Shown in pieces: positions 36,795-47,127 of a stretch of 64,000 nt of DNA. The stretch is from an uncultured Clostridia bacterium. Lineage in GTDB: Bacteria; Bacillota; DTU014. Every line of letters begins with the position of its first letter. The stretch's first letter is position 1. The notes below the pieces were generated by a model, which saw only the letters and a program-made list of their open reading frames with translations, did no database searches and was not told the origin of the DNA. The stretch covers positions 5,425 through 69,424 of the forward strand of contig FIZI01000008.1 in NCBI GenBank assembly GCA_900016865.1, given 5' to 3'. The translations under genes and the position numbers were made by a program.

Positions 36795-38335
36795 GCGCCA
36801 ATCTCTCCCTTGCTATGCTGCATGATCCGATTCATGATTTCTTCCTGAGTCGCTTCCCCTCGCTGAAACTCCGCGATTATCTGTCCTTCGTTCATAACAT
36901 AGATACGGTCACACATGCCCAAGATCTCCGTCAGTTCCGAGGAGATAAAAAGGATTGATTTCCCCTGCTGTGCCAAATCGTTGATTATCTGATAGATCTC
37001 ATACTTAGCGCCGACGTCAACGCCACGCGTAGGCTCATCGAGGAGAAGCACATCGGGTTGAGAGTAGATCCACTTGCCTAGGAGGACCTTCTGCTGATTG
37101 CCACCTGACAGGTTTGCCACCAGCTGCTCAATACTGGGTGCCTTGATATCTAGGGCCTCCCGGTAGTGCTCTGCGTACTTCCTCTCCAAGTCGCGGTCTA
37201 TCCGCCCGTTCTTGGAGACAAAGTCCATGCGAGGGAGTGTTATGTTGTGCATGACACTGCTGCCTAGCAACAAGCCGCTTTCCTTGCGGTCTTCTGTTAC
37301 GTATGACAGGCCGGCTTCGATCGCTTTAGGAATAGAAGGCAACTCAACTGTCTTGCCGTCTTTGATTAGGATGCCGGAGGTCCTGGTTCCATAGGCTTGA
37401 CCGAATATGGACATGGCGAGTTCGGTGCGTCCGGAACCTATTAGCCCATAAATTCCCACCACTTCACCCTTATGGACTTTGAGCGAGACATCGTCTACAA
37501 CGACACGTTCAGTGAATTGCTCGTGATAGACAGTGAAGTTGCGCACCTCCAAACCGACTTCGTCGCGAACCGTATTCGGGCGATGCGGGAACCGCTCAGT
37601 CATTTCCCGGCCGACCATACCCCTGATTATTCGCTCCTCCGAGATGTCATCGACCCTCTTGTCCAAGGTCTCGACAGTCGAACCATCGCGCAGAATCGTG
37701 ATTCTGTCAGCACAATAGGCAACCTCGTTGAGCTTGTGAGAGATGATTATGGAAGTAATGCCCTTTTCGCGTCGTAGCGTCAGCAGGAGGTCAAGGATCT
37801 TTTTGGATTCGGTCTCGTTGAGGCTAGATGTAGGTTCATCCAAGATGAGCAGGCGCACGTTCTTTGCAAGGGCTTTGGCGATCTCGATCAGCTGCTGTTT
37901 CGCGACGCTCACATCTTTGACCAGCGTTCGCGGGTTTTCATTCAGCCCGACGATACTCATGTATTCCTCGGCTTTCCGGTACGTCTGGTCCCAGTCGATG
38001 ATTCCTCTCCTCTGTTGCTCATTCCCAAGGAACATGTTCTCTCCTATCGACAGGTAAGGTACAAGCGCCAGCTCCTGATGAATGATGACGATGCCCAAGC
38101 GCTCCGAATCCTTGATCCCCTGGTGCTTGCATATTTTCCCGTCAAACAAGACGTCGCCGGAATACGATCCGTAGGGATGAACCCCACTCAACACGTTCAT
38201 CAACGTGGTCTTCCCCGCGCCGTTTTCGCCTACAAGTGCATGGATTTCGCCCTCTTCGACACTGATGTTTACGTTGTCCAGCGCTCTGACACCGGGGAAC
38301 TCCTTGGTGATAGATCTCATCTCTAAGAGTGCCAA
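36791..38335 (-). CDS. Sugar ABC transporter ATP-binding protein, duplicated ABC domains (XylG/GguA/MglA family)
   Basis: Two Walker A sites (GENGAGKTT and GLIGSGRTE). N-terminus ...LLEMRSITKEFPGVRALDNV matches XylG. TTG at 38335 with GGAGGATGG SD is the preferred start (track start 38389 is TTG further upstream). Confidence 0.9.
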   Translation of the reverse strand: MALLEMRSITKEFPGVRALDNVNISVEEGEIHALVGENGAGKTTLMNVLSGVHPYGSYSGDVLFDGKICKHQGIKDSERLGIVIIHQELALVPYLSIGENMFLGNEQQRRGIIDWDQTYRKAEEYMSIVGLNENPRTLVKDVSVAKQQLIEIAKALAKNVRLLILDEPTSSLNETESKKILDLLLTLRREKGITSIIISHKLNEVAYCADRITILRDGSTVETLDKRVDDISEERIIRGMVGREMTERFPHRPNTVRDEVGLEVRNFTVYHEQFTERVVVDDVSLKVHKGEVVGIYGLIGSGRTELAMSIFGQAYGTRTSGILIKDGKTVELPSIPKAIEAGLSYVTEDRKESGLLLGSSVMHNITLPRMDFVSKNGRIDRDLERKYAEHYREALDIKAPSIEQLVANLSGGNQQKVLLGKWIYSQPDVLLLDEPTRGVDVGAKYEIYQIINDLAQQGKSILFISSELTEILGMCDRIYVMNEGQIIAEFQRGEATQEEIMNRIMQHSKGEIGA

Positions 38336-38495
38336 TCTTCCATCCTCCCGATAGAGTAAGGAGCGGGCTTGCCCGCCTCCTTCACACAATGCCGTAGATG
38401 ACGCCGAGCCTCACGCGGCTACTTCTCGAGCTTGACCACGCGTTGAAGGGGCGGGCAGGTGCTGAACACCCACCCACCAAGTGCCACGGACCGCG

Positions 38496-39542
38496 CTAGA
38501 GTCCAAGCTGCTCAGGCGTGTAGTAGCCGCTGTCGATCAACAGCTCTTTGTAGTTGTTGATATCTGCGAATACCGGAGTGCACAGATACGTCGGAACGAC
38601 AAAGACACCATTGAAGTAGGTCGTGGTATCGTTGACCTCAGGCTCTTCGCCCTTCACAATAGACTCGATCATCTGAACTACTCTCGCAGCGAGGGTGCGA
38701 GTGTCCTTGAATATGGACATGGACTGCAGTCCTGCGATTATGTTCTTGGTGTTTGCAATGTCGCAGTCTTGTCCGGTGATGTACGGCATCTTCTCGAACC
38801 CTGCACCGACCAGCGAATTGGTCACGCCCAGAGCGGTAGAATCATTGGAGCAAAGCACTGCGTGCAGCGGAGTGCCGTCGGAGTAGTTCGATGCGATCAA
38901 GTTGTCCATGCGTGCCTGCGCCCTCTCAGAAGACCAAGCTAGTGTCGCGACAGCCTCGAACGCGATCTGCCCGGACGGGACACGCACCTTGCCGCTCTCG
39001 ATGTAAGGCATGAGAACATCTATTGCGCCCTGGTAGAAGTAGCGCGCGTTGTTGTCGTCAGGGGAACCGGCGACGATTTCCATGTTAACCGAACCTTCGA
39101 GGGTCTCCAGTCCAAGGGCTTGGACCAGATACTCACCCTGAAGCTGCCCTACCTTGTAGTTGTCAAATGTGGCGTAATAGGAAACTGCATCTGTCTCCAT
39201 AATGAGCCTGTCGTAGGCGATTACGGGGATACCCTCTTCTTTGGCGATTGCCAGGACCGTACCCAATGAGCTGCCATCTATGGCCGAGATAACCAAGATG
39301 TCTGCGCCGTTCAAGATCATGTTTTCGATCTGGGCAACCTGCAAAGCTACATCGTTGTTCGCATACTGCAGGTCAACAACATAGCCTGCCGCTTCTAGCA
39401 TCATCTTCATGTTGGCACCGTCTTGATTCCAACGCTGCAAGCTCTGTGTCGGCATTGCGACACCTATCCTCACCTGGGCCAACGCAGCGCTTGGAATCGC
39501 CAACGCCATGACTAGGAGCAGAACAACCAGATACTTCTTCAT
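38496..39542 (-). CDS. Sugar ABC transporter substrate-binding protein (XylF/ChvE multiple-sugar-binding family)
   Basis: Signal peptide MKKYLVVLLLVMALAIPSAALA. Strong similarity pattern to XylF/ChvE (..IGVAMPTQSLQRWNQDG.., ..DILVISAIDGSSL.., ..VIAYDRLI..). AAGGAGGG SD. Confidence 0.9.
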   Translation of the reverse strand: MKKYLVVLLLVMALAIPSAALAQVRIGVAMPTQSLQRWNQDGANMKMMLEAAGYVVDLQYANNDVALQVAQIENMILNGADILVISAIDGSSLGTVLAIAKEEGIPVIAYDRLIMETDAVSYYATFDNYKVGQLQGEYLVQALGLETLEGSVNMEIVAGSPDDNNARYFYQGAIDVLMPYIESGKVRVPSGQIAFEAVATLAWSSERAQARMDNLIASNYSDGTPLHAVLCSNDSTALGVTNSLVGAGFEKMPYITGQDCDIANTKNIIAGLQSMSIFKDTRTLAARVVQMIESIVKGEEPEVNDTTTYFNGVFVVPTYLCTPVFADINNYKELLIDSGYYTPEQLGL

Positions 39543-39930
39543 TCAAATAACCCTCCTTGCCGAATTCGTTTGTAGAGGTGTACTTCGCATCCTTCATACT
39601 AGAGATGCACGGGTTCAATTCCTCCAAACTGAGCTGCCTCTGTGATACGACACATTGAGCCTGCGTGGCTATGTCAAAGCCCGCCGATTCCAATCCTCAG
39701 GAACCAGCGGGCTTTGTGCGTAGTCTTGAAAGGCGGCGTTTGGAAGAAATTGAGCCTGGATGGCTCAATATATAAGGTTTCGTGTACGTATGTGGTCGGA
39801 TGCAAATGACGAGAGATAACCTCATCATATGTTGGATACCGCATACGAATCGAGTGCATTATCAGTGTAAGTGCATCCAATATTTGAGAGCAGCGTCAGT
39901 GCTGATCGATCTCTCAATAGTCGTCCCGGC

Positions 39931-41580
39931 CTATATCGCAGGAATGAGAAGCTTGGAGCCCGGCCTCAACTCGTCCTTGCTCTCAAGCTTATTTGCTTTC
40001 ATCAGGCTGTCGACAGTAATCTTATACCTCCTCGCTATTTTCCATGGAGAATCGCCCTCTTGAGTCACGTAATAAGTGATGACTGCAGGATCCCTCTCCT
40101 CTGGCTTCACGAGCTCGCAATCAGTTACAGCTGCAAACTGCCTGACTTCGAAGACTCTGACCCCGATGCTCACTACTACAGAGTATTCGACCCTGCGACG
40201 GTCGGCCATGGGGTCGACCTCGAGATCGACGACACTAACCCATGCTTCACCGATCATTCCCGGCCGGGAATCTCCGACATCTATTGTGTACTCAAACGGA
40301 ATGTCCTCAAACTGCACAGCCCTAACAGGAGGCAGCTTGTCTCTACTCTCAAACTCTTCGTCGAGGCTAGTCTCAGAGGCATACACCAGATCAATATCCA
40401 GAGTCCCTTCTACCACTACTCGGCCGTCGTCAGGTTTGCATACATCGATTCTGACATCTGCGGCCTTGGCCAACACAGCTGGTTCATCTCCGCCATAGAA
40501 AGCTGGAAATCCATCAGGCAGCTGAGCGGTACCAGTGAGCATAGCCTCTGTCCGCTCTTCGCTGACAGTATCAAAGGTCCTAATCTGCTTGCGCTGAACG
40601 TCGACGATCTCCTGTCCCAAAGATTCAACAGCTACTACGGCCTCGACGTCCCTCGTGTCTGTGACATCTACATCGACTTGAATCGCCGCGCTGATGTCGA
40701 ATACGTCCCCGGTCACTCGGGTCGCGTCTGCCGATATCACCTTCACCAGCGGCACTACCCGGTTGTGGGGGACTGCGCCCGGAACACTTATAGTCTGTGA
40801 GAAACCAAGCCCTGCAAAAGTCACTGAATAATTGGGATAGGATGGGTCGCAGTAGTCCGGGTCTGCCTGGTACACAACAGTCAAGTCGAGTTCACCCTCA
40901 ACTCTTACCTTGTCGTCTTGAGCGATTGAGTCCAGCACTCTGGGAATAGCTGTGACAGCGATTACCGGGCTATAGCCCTGATAAATAGGCGGGTACCCAG
41001 ACGGAAGAGACCTGTTTGCTACTACACTGCACACCGCTGTCCCTGATCCGATCCTGTCGGTAACGCGCAGAGGCTCGGTTGTCAAAGATACTGATTCGGG
41101 AGACAACCCTGTGACGTTGCCGGCTACTTCCTGTCTCTCCCTAATCCAACCGGATACAGTCAAGTCCACTACCGCCCCTATGTCCAAGAGATGAGTCGAC
41201 TTGGCTACGACGTCCAGGCTACGCACATGGGCATCAACGCGCGCACTCATGTCACCAGTGATCCCCTCTGTCTCAACAAGCTTTGTAAATCTGAGAGGAT
41301 CCAGCTTTCTTCGGATAACTTGCTCTCCGGTGCGTTCGCTGTCTCCGACATACAGGATCTCAACCTCAACACGCCCGTCTACCTCTACCTGATCGTCAGA
41401 CACCCTCACCTCATCAATCACTGCATGGCCGACAGCATTGAGAAGCGCAGACACAGCTCCTGACCTAAGGCCGGGCTGGACCTCCGGAATCTCGCGACTG
41501 TCCTTGGCCTCTACCTGAGCTGTTGCCCTGGCCATGATTTTGTCTACGGAGAAACTCTCCCTTACTAGCTCTATGCCCAT
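39931..41580 (-). CDS. DUF3794 (SPOCS) domain protein with C-terminal LysM domain (SipL-like architecture)
   Basis: Repetitive beta-rich N-terminal region. C-terminus ..ITYYVTQEGDSPWKIARRYKITVDSLMKANKLESKDELRPGSKLLIP is a LysM motif. ATG at 41580 with TGGGGGGA SD (track start 41643 is further upstream). Confidence 0.75.
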   Translation of the reverse strand: MGIELVRESFSVDKIMARATAQVEAKDSREIPEVQPGLRSGAVSALLNAVGHAVIDEVRVSDDQVEVDGRVEVEILYVGDSERTGEQVIRRKLDPLRFTKLVETEGITGDMSARVDAHVRSLDVVAKSTHLLDIGAVVDLTVSGWIRERQEVAGNVTGLSPESVSLTTEPLRVTDRIGSGTAVCSVVANRSLPSGYPPIYQGYSPVIAVTAIPRVLDSIAQDDKVRVEGELDLTVVYQADPDYCDPSYPNYSVTFAGLGFSQTISVPGAVPHNRVVPLVKVISADATRVTGDVFDISAAIQVDVDVTDTRDVEAVVAVESLGQEIVDVQRKQIRTFDTVSEERTEAMLTGTAQLPDGFPAFYGGDEPAVLAKAADVRIDVCKPDDGRVVVEGTLDIDLVYASETSLDEEFESRDKLPPVRAVQFEDIPFEYTIDVGDSRPGMIGEAWVSVVDLEVDPMADRRRVEYSVVVSIGVRVFEVRQFAAVTDCELVKPEERDPAVITYYVTQEGDSPWKIARRYKITVDSLMKANKLESKDELRPGSKLLIPAI

Positions 41581-41728
41581 CCGTATCCCCCCAAGTCCTA
41601 TTCTGAGTCCTGGCACCCATGTCATCACCCAATATAGGGGCACCCTATTACTCCACTAATGTATATGCTATTGTCAGAGGAAAGTATCCCGCGTTTTTCG
41701 ACTACTTCGGTCAGCAGGAGCATGCGCA

Positions 41729-41745
41729 TGTCATGTTATTTGACA
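41729..41745. promoter_or_regulatory. GlnR/TnrA operator (TGTCATGTTATTTGACA = TGTNA-N7-TNACA) in the glnRA promoter
   Basis: Perfect match to the Firmicutes GlnR/TnrA consensus, seen directly. Abuts the -35 box. Confidence 0.75.
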
Positions 41746-41748
41746 CAA

Positions 41749-41777
41749 TTGACTCGACAGAGCACCAATGTTATATT
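41749..41777 (+). promoter_or_regulatory. glnRA promoter (-35 TTGACT, 17-bp spacer, -10 TATATT)
   Basis: Seen directly, about 65 nt upstream of the glnR ATG. Confidence 0.55.
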
Positions 41778-41840
41778 GATGTCAATCATCGGATCTCTTC
41801 TGACGGATGGTTGCTTCAACACGTTTAGGAGGGTTGAGCC

Positions 41841-42242
41841 ATGAGTGATCTCAGTAGGCAGAACCCGGTCTACCCTATAGGAGTCGTGCAGAAGCTAACC
41901 GGGTTGACTGGAAGGCAGATCCGCTATTACGAGAAGCAAGGTCTGATCCTCCCTCACCGCACTAAAGGCAACCAGAGGATGTACACTGACGAGGAAGTTG
42001 ATCGCCTCTTGCAGATTAAACACCTTAGGGAGCAAGGGTACAAGATCGACGGAATCAAGCGGGCACTCGGATCAGATCGCACACCCAAGGAGCAAAAAAC
42101 AAAAATATCTGTCGGCCCCGAGCCCGAAACCGAAGACCAGCCAATCTTAGGCAGGCCCGAACGCCCCACCAAACTGACATCGCTGTATCCTATCAACAAT
42201 AGGAGCGAGCTCGAAAGGTTGCTTAGGAATTTCCCTGAATAG
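41841..42242 (+). CDS. glnR: GlnR-type MerR-family transcriptional repressor of glutamine synthetase
   Basis: [56 protein letters not shown] closely parallels Bacillus GlnR. Immediately upstream of glnA. GAGGAGGG SD. Confidence 0.9.
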   Translation: MSDLSRQNPVYPIGVVQKLTGLTGRQIRYYEKQGLILPHRTKGNQRMYTDEEVDRLLQIKHLREQGYKIDGIKRALGSDRTPKEQKTKISVGPEPETEDQPILGRPERPTKLTSLYPINNRSELERLLRNFPE

Positions 42243-42255
42243 ACGAGGTGGAAGA

Positions 42256-43587
42256 ATGGCTAAACGCACAGCTGAAGACGTACTTAGGCTAGCTAAAGAA
42301 AACAACGTCGCATTTGTGAGACTGCAGTTCACCGACATCTTGGGTATAGTCAAGAACGTAGCAATACCTGTCAGACAACTAGAAAAGGCACTCAACAACG
42401 AGATGATGTTTGACGGCTCTTCGATAGAAGGGTTCACCCGGATAGAAGAGTCCGATATGAACTTGAGGCCTGACCCCGATACATGGGCTACGTTTCCGTG
42501 GCGCCCAGAGTATGAAGCCACAGCAAGACTGATTTGCGACGTGTACAACTGCCATGGTGAGCCCTTCGAAGGCGACCCAAGGTATGTCCTAAGGAGGGTC
42601 ATCAACCAAGCAGCAGACATGGGATATGAAGTCAACGTCGGACCGGAGTGTGAGTTCTTTCTCTTCCACCTCTCCGATACAGGCGAGCCCACGACTAGGA
42701 CACACGACAAAGCCGGGTATTTCGACCTCGGCCCTATTGACAAAGGCGAAGACGCGAGACGGGACATCGTCCTAGCACTCGAGGAAATGGGGTTTGAGAT
42801 CGAGGCGTCTCACCACGAGGTTGCTGCGGGCCAGCACGAGATTGACCTCAAGTACAGCGACGCCCTGACTACGGCAGATAGGGTTGCAACTTTGAAATTT
42901 GTGACAAAGACTGTAGCGAGCCTTCACAACCTACATGCAACCTTTATGCCCAAGCCGATCTTTGGCGCTTGCGGCTCAGGGATGCACACACACATATCTC
43001 TTTTCAAGGACGGCAAGAACGTTTTTTACGACCCTGACGGGCAGTATCAGCTCAGCGATATTGCCAGGTACTTCATTGGCGGCGTGCTGTTGCATTGCCC
43101 GGCTATCACTGCTATAACCAATCCTCTGGTCAACTCATACAAGAGGCTTGTCCCAGGATACGAGGCTCCGGTCTACATAGCCTGGTCTGCTCAAAACAGG
43201 AGTTCGCTGATCAGAGTCCCAGCAAGCAGAAAACAGGGCACTCGCATAGAGCTGAGGTCGCCGGATCCCTCGTGCAACCCGTACCTGGCTCTGGCAGTCA
43301 TTATTGGCGCAGGGCTTCGTGGGATCAGGGACGAGATAGAGCCCCCAGCGTCTGTAGACAAAAACATCTATGACATGTCCAGCAGGGAGCGAAAGGCCTA
43401 CGGAATCCGTAGACTGCCTGCCACCCTTGAGGAAGCCGTTGACGAGCTAGCCAAGGACGAGCTTATTGCAGAGATACTTGGGTCGCACGTGCTCAGCCAC
43501 TTTATCAAAGCCAAGAGGATCGAATCCGAGGTCTACAGAATGCAAGTGACTGACTGGGAGGTCAAGCAGTACCTCTGGATGTTTTGA
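42256..43587 (+). CDS. glnA: Glutamine synthetase, type I
   Basis: 443 aa. N-terminal beta-grasp and catalytic motifs (..[10 protein letters not shown].., ..[18 protein letters not shown].., ..NPYLA..). 13 nt after glnR. Confidence 0.95.
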   Translation: MAKRTAEDVLRLAKENNVAFVRLQFTDILGIVKNVAIPVRQLEKALNNEMMFDGSSIEGFTRIEESDMNLRPDPDTWATFPWRPEYEATARLICDVYNCHGEPFEGDPRYVLRRVINQAADMGYEVNVGPECEFFLFHLSDTGEPTTRTHDKAGYFDLGPIDKGEDARRDIVLALEEMGFEIEASHHEVAAGQHEIDLKYSDALTTADRVATLKFVTKTVASLHNLHATFMPKPIFGACGSGMHTHISLFKDGKNVFYDPDGQYQLSDIARYFIGGVLLHCPAITAITNPLVNSYKRLVPGYEAPVYIAWSAQNRSSLIRVPASRKQGTRIELRSPDPSCNPYLALAVIIGAGLRGIRDEIEPPASVDKNIYDMSSRERKAYGIRRLPATLEEAVDELAKDELIAEILGSHVLSHFIKAKRIESEVYRMQVTDWEVKQYLWMF

Positions 43588-43601
43588 GGTGGGGATGAAC
43601 C

Positions 43602-44366
43602 ATGGGCAAAGACTCAACCCGATCGGTGCACCGCCTGTCACAGATAGCTGTCACCGGGCTGGCCATCGTAGTCCTTGTAGTATCGATGACAAATTGCGTA
43701 GCCGCACGAGCTTCGGATAACTTAGCAGGCTCTGAGGTCTCGGCAGCTGCCTCGGCTCCAAAGCCGGATGAGGGCTTGGACGACGTCCTCATCGAACTCG
43801 TCCGGGGCGCAGGCGAGGACTCTAGTGATCTCGTTGAAAGCGTAGTGGCGCATTCCAGTGACCTCGCTAAGGACCCAGGTGAAGACTCCAGTGATCCTGG
43901 GTTTGTGCGTGTGTCTCTAAACGATCTCAAACAGGCCGAAAACCTGACCATAATCCAGGATACTCGGGGCCCAAGTGTCGCAGTTTTGGAAATATGCAAC
44001 TCAGTCAAAGGCTATGGCGAGTTTGAGCCCAATCCTTCGCATGAATTCTCAAGGTCGCTCTTTGGGCGAGCTTGGCTCTATACTGAAATCGACAGAATTA
44101 GTGCTGATGTAGGCAGTGATGACACATACTTCGTCTCGCTGAGCGCCGATGTAGTCGTGCTGGATCAACAAGAGCGAATAATCTGGCAGAAGGCAAAAGC
44201 CTTTTCGTTCGAAGAAAGACTCGAATCCCCGGTTTACGGAGTATACGCGTATGTCTATGTGCCGACCATCTTTCTCAGCAAAGGGGAGTACAACCTGGAA
44301 ATCACGATCAACGACAACGTAGCTCAGACTAAGTCGCGGGTCAATACGCTGATAAGAATCAAATGA
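43602..44366 (+). CDS. Hypothetical secreted/lipoprotein-like protein (unknown function), likely co-transcribed with glnRA
   Basis: N-terminal hydrophobic segment IAVTGLAIVVLVVSMTNC (signal/lipobox-like), acidic linker, beta-rich C-terminus. GGTGGGGA SD. 14-nt gap after glnA. Confidence 0.6.
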   Translation: MGKDSTRSVHRLSQIAVTGLAIVVLVVSMTNCVAARASDNLAGSEVSAAASAPKPDEGLDDVLIELVRGAGEDSSDLVESVVAHSSDLAKDPGEDSSDPGFVRVSLNDLKQAENLTIIQDTRGPSVAVLEICNSVKGYGEFEPNPSHEFSRSLFGRAWLYTEIDRISADVGSDDTYFVSLSADVVVLDQQERIIWQKAKAFSFEERLESPVYGVYAYVYVPTIFLSKGEYNLEITINDNVAQTKSRVNTLIRIK

Positions 44367-44378
44367 TTGCTTGCCTGG

Positions 44379-45425
44379 TCAATGCACCGTCAGCTTGCGG
44401 CTTAGGAAAGCTGCGCTCTGTTCAGGGCTCATGGGATTCACCGGTATACCCGTTCCGTACTCAATGCCTGTCACTGCCGTCACCCTGGGGATCAGCTCTA
44501 AGTGCCAATGGTAGTAGCTCATATCTCCGGCCCGTGCAGGAGCAGTGTGGATGTAGTAGCTATAAGGAGGATCTCCCAGGTCCTCAGCCAACGCGAGCAG
44601 GACTCTGCCAAGGCAAAAAGCCATCTCCCTGGCCTCCGCGTCTGTGATTGCTACAAACGAGGAGGCATGCCGTGTCGGAAGTATCCAGATCTCATAGGGC
44701 ACTCGTGCTGCATACGGTGCGATTGCAACAAAAGCATCACTCCTCAGCAAGACACGTGTCTCTGCCGAAAGCTCGCTCTGTATCAGGTCGCATACAACAC
44801 AGCTAGAGGAAAACTCGTAGTAGTCTTCGGATTGCTTGAGTTCTGCCTGCACGTCGACAGGTACAAACGGGAGAGCTACAATCTCAGAGCAAGGATGTGA
44901 GGTGCCTAGACCGCGCTCGATTCCGTGGTTTCTTATGACTGACACATATTCAAAGCGCCTGTCTGTCTCAAGTGCAGCGACACGGTCTCGATAGGCGCCT
45001 ATGATAGCTGCAAACCTGTCCAGCGATTGGTCATAGGGTTGAACACTGTGGTGAGGCGATTCTACAACGATTTCATGAGTGCCTACACCGGTGATGAATT
45101 GGTGGATGTGGTGCCTGCGAACCACAGGCTCTCCCGTCGGCCTGAGCACCCCCTGGTTGTTAGGCACCACTCGCACTATCCACTCTCCTGAATCCGAACC
45201 GTCTTGGCCCCTGATCAGACTGACTTCAGGCAGAGTCATGTGTTCATTGCCACCACAATACGGACACTTAGGATCGTAATCGGCTCCTTCGTCCTCGCGT
45301 GTACCACGGCCTTTGCCGACGAATTCCAAGCCTGACGCGGCGTCTCTCGTACCGGACGTCAACACAATCACCCAGCGCCCAGACACTAGATTCTCCCTGA
45401 ACTCAGACAAATCAGCAACCCCCAC
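44379..45425 (-). CDS. galT: Galactose-1-phosphate uridylyltransferase (class I, HIT family)
   Basis: Zinc/iron motifs CPYCGGNEH and HIHQF...H. Active-site HPH-type block ...GTSHPCSEI. 348 aa. GTG start (alternatively TTG 15 nt downstream). Confidence 0.85.
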   Translation of the reverse strand: MGVADLSEFRENLVSGRWVIVLTSGTRDAASGLEFVGKGRGTREDEGADYDPKCPYCGGNEHMTLPEVSLIRGQDGSDSGEWIVRVVPNNQGVLRPTGEPVVRRHHIHQFITGVGTHEIVVESPHHSVQPYDQSLDRFAAIIGAYRDRVAALETDRRFEYVSVIRNHGIERGLGTSHPCSEIVALPFVPVDVQAELKQSEDYYEFSSSCVVCDLIQSELSAETRVLLRSDAFVAIAPYAARVPYEIWILPTRHASSFVAITDAEAREMAFCLGRVLLALAEDLGDPPYSYYIHTAPARAGDMSYYHWHLELIPRVTAVTGIEYGTGIPVNPMSPEQSAAFLSRKLTVH

Positions 45426-45518
45426 TGCACTTGCACGGTCGGCTCTGGCACGGCGCTAGTTCCTTATTCGCAATGCCAATGATATTATCCCCAACACTTG
45501 GTCATGCAAACACACTCG

Positions 45519-46790
45519 CTAACTTCTCTTGAACTGCACAGACTGCTCGTAATCCTTCACATCCGAGAGCCACTGCTCCCTGACAGGAACTCCCTGTATC
45601 AAGCAGTAGTAATCCCAGACAGCACCAAAAGGATAGGTCTTAAACTCTTCGAGCAGAGCTAGACGCGATGTATAGTCTTTGTCCAACTCATACTGCTTCA
45701 ACTTGTCGGTTGGCTCGAGCATAGCAAAGAGCAGGGCTTTTATGGCGTTTCGAGTGCCAATGACCCACGCTGCAACACGGTTGATGCTCGCATCAAAGAA
45801 GTCAAGAGCTATGTAGGTCCGATCAAGCACTCCTCCCCTTACTATCTCCTGCATGATTGCTTGCAGCTCGTCATTCATTGTGACGACGTGGTCGCTGTCC
45901 CAACGAACTGGCCTGCTAACGTGCAAGAGCACGCCATTGAGCACGGAGAGGACTGCCGATATCTTGTCGGAGACGACCTCTGTCGGATGGAAATGTCCAG
46001 CGTCGAGACAGAGCAACGTGCCTCTTGAGACCGAATATGCCAAGTAGAAATCGTGGGACCCAACGACATAGCTCTCCGATCCAATACCAAAAAGCTTGCC
46101 TTCAACAGCGTCTATGCAGTGCTCTTTGGAGACGTCTTCGGACAGGATCTCATCCAACGCCTCAACTAGCCTCTGCCTCGGGCCAAATCGATCTATTGGG
46201 ACATCCTTGTACCCGTCAGGTATCCAGATGTTGTTGACTGCAGGCGTGCCTAGCTGCTTGCCGAAGTGCTCGGCTATCCTTCGCGATGCCTTCCCATGCT
46301 CAATCCAGAACTGTCTGATGCCCTCGTCAGGATGGCTCAAGGTAAAACCGTCGTCGCTCAGCGGATGCGAGAAGAAAGTCGGGTTGAAATCAAGCCCGAT
46401 CCCTCGTTCTTTGGCCCAACCGACCCATCCCTCAAAATGCTCAGGGCCTAGTTCATCCCTGTTGACTCTTGCTCCACCGGTCTCCGCGTATATCGCGTGC
46501 AGATTGACTCGATGCCTCCCTGGAATCAGAGACAATGCCTTATCAAGGTCAGCCCGCAGTTCCTCTGGGTTGTTCGCCCTGCCTGGGTAGTTACCGGTAG
46601 CCTGGATGCCTCCGGTGAGTCCCTCGGTAGAGCGCTCAAAGCCAATCACATCATCGCCTTGCCAGCAATGAATTGATACAGGGATGGTCTTCAGCCGCTC
46701 AAGGACTTGTTCAGTATCAACTCCCCACTTGGCATACTGCTCCCGCGCTCTCGCGTAGGCTTCCTGAATCTGCTTTTCGTGAAGTTGCAT
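45519..46790 (-). CDS. rhaA: L-rhamnose isomerase
   Basis: ..[65 protein letters not shown].. is near-identical in pattern to E. coli RhaA. ATG at 46790 with GGGAAAGGAG SD (track start 46817). Confidence 0.92.
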   Translation of the reverse strand: MQLHEKQIQEAYARAREQYAKWGVDTEQVLERLKTIPVSIHCWQGDDVIGFERSTEGLTGGIQATGNYPGRANNPEELRADLDKALSLIPGRHRVNLHAIYAETGGARVNRDELGPEHFEGWVGWAKERGIGLDFNPTFFSHPLSDDGFTLSHPDEGIRQFWIEHGKASRRIAEHFGKQLGTPAVNNIWIPDGYKDVPIDRFGPRQRLVEALDEILSEDVSKEHCIDAVEGKLFGIGSESYVVGSHDFYLAYSVSRGTLLCLDAGHFHPTEVVSDKISAVLSVLNGVLLHVSRPVRWDSDHVVTMNDELQAIMQEIVRGGVLDRTYIALDFFDASINRVAAWVIGTRNAIKALLFAMLEPTDKLKQYELDKDYTSRLALLEEFKTYPFGAVWDYYCLIQGVPVREQWLSDVKDYEQSVQFKRS

Positions 46791-47127
46791 TTTGATCGAC
46801 TCCTTTCCCTCTAACATAAGAATACCACGAGATCGTGTACAAGGCTCGTAAAAAGCGACGCTTCCTGATTCTCACACGCTTGATTACCGTTGAATAGGAT
46901 GGATAGAAGCCGTTAACAGGGAGGTCTCGCAGCATGGAACGACTCCTTCAGATAATCTTCAACCCGCTCCTCAAGCGGATGAAAAAGACCGTCATCATCA
47001 TCTGGAAGAGATGAATTCCCGTCATCTACCTGCACAAACGATCCCCCGTCAGCTGTGGACATTCAAGCGTTCATTTGGTATTGTATGACTACGAGGCGTA
47101 ACACCGCCTCGCTTTGTACTGGACGAG

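Noticed and set aside
39600-39625. tRNA-like T-loop motif GGGTTCAATTCC in the intergenic region upstream of the XylF-type operon
   Set aside because: Flanking sequence cannot form a T-stem or acceptor stem. No cloverleaf is possible, so it is not a tRNA.
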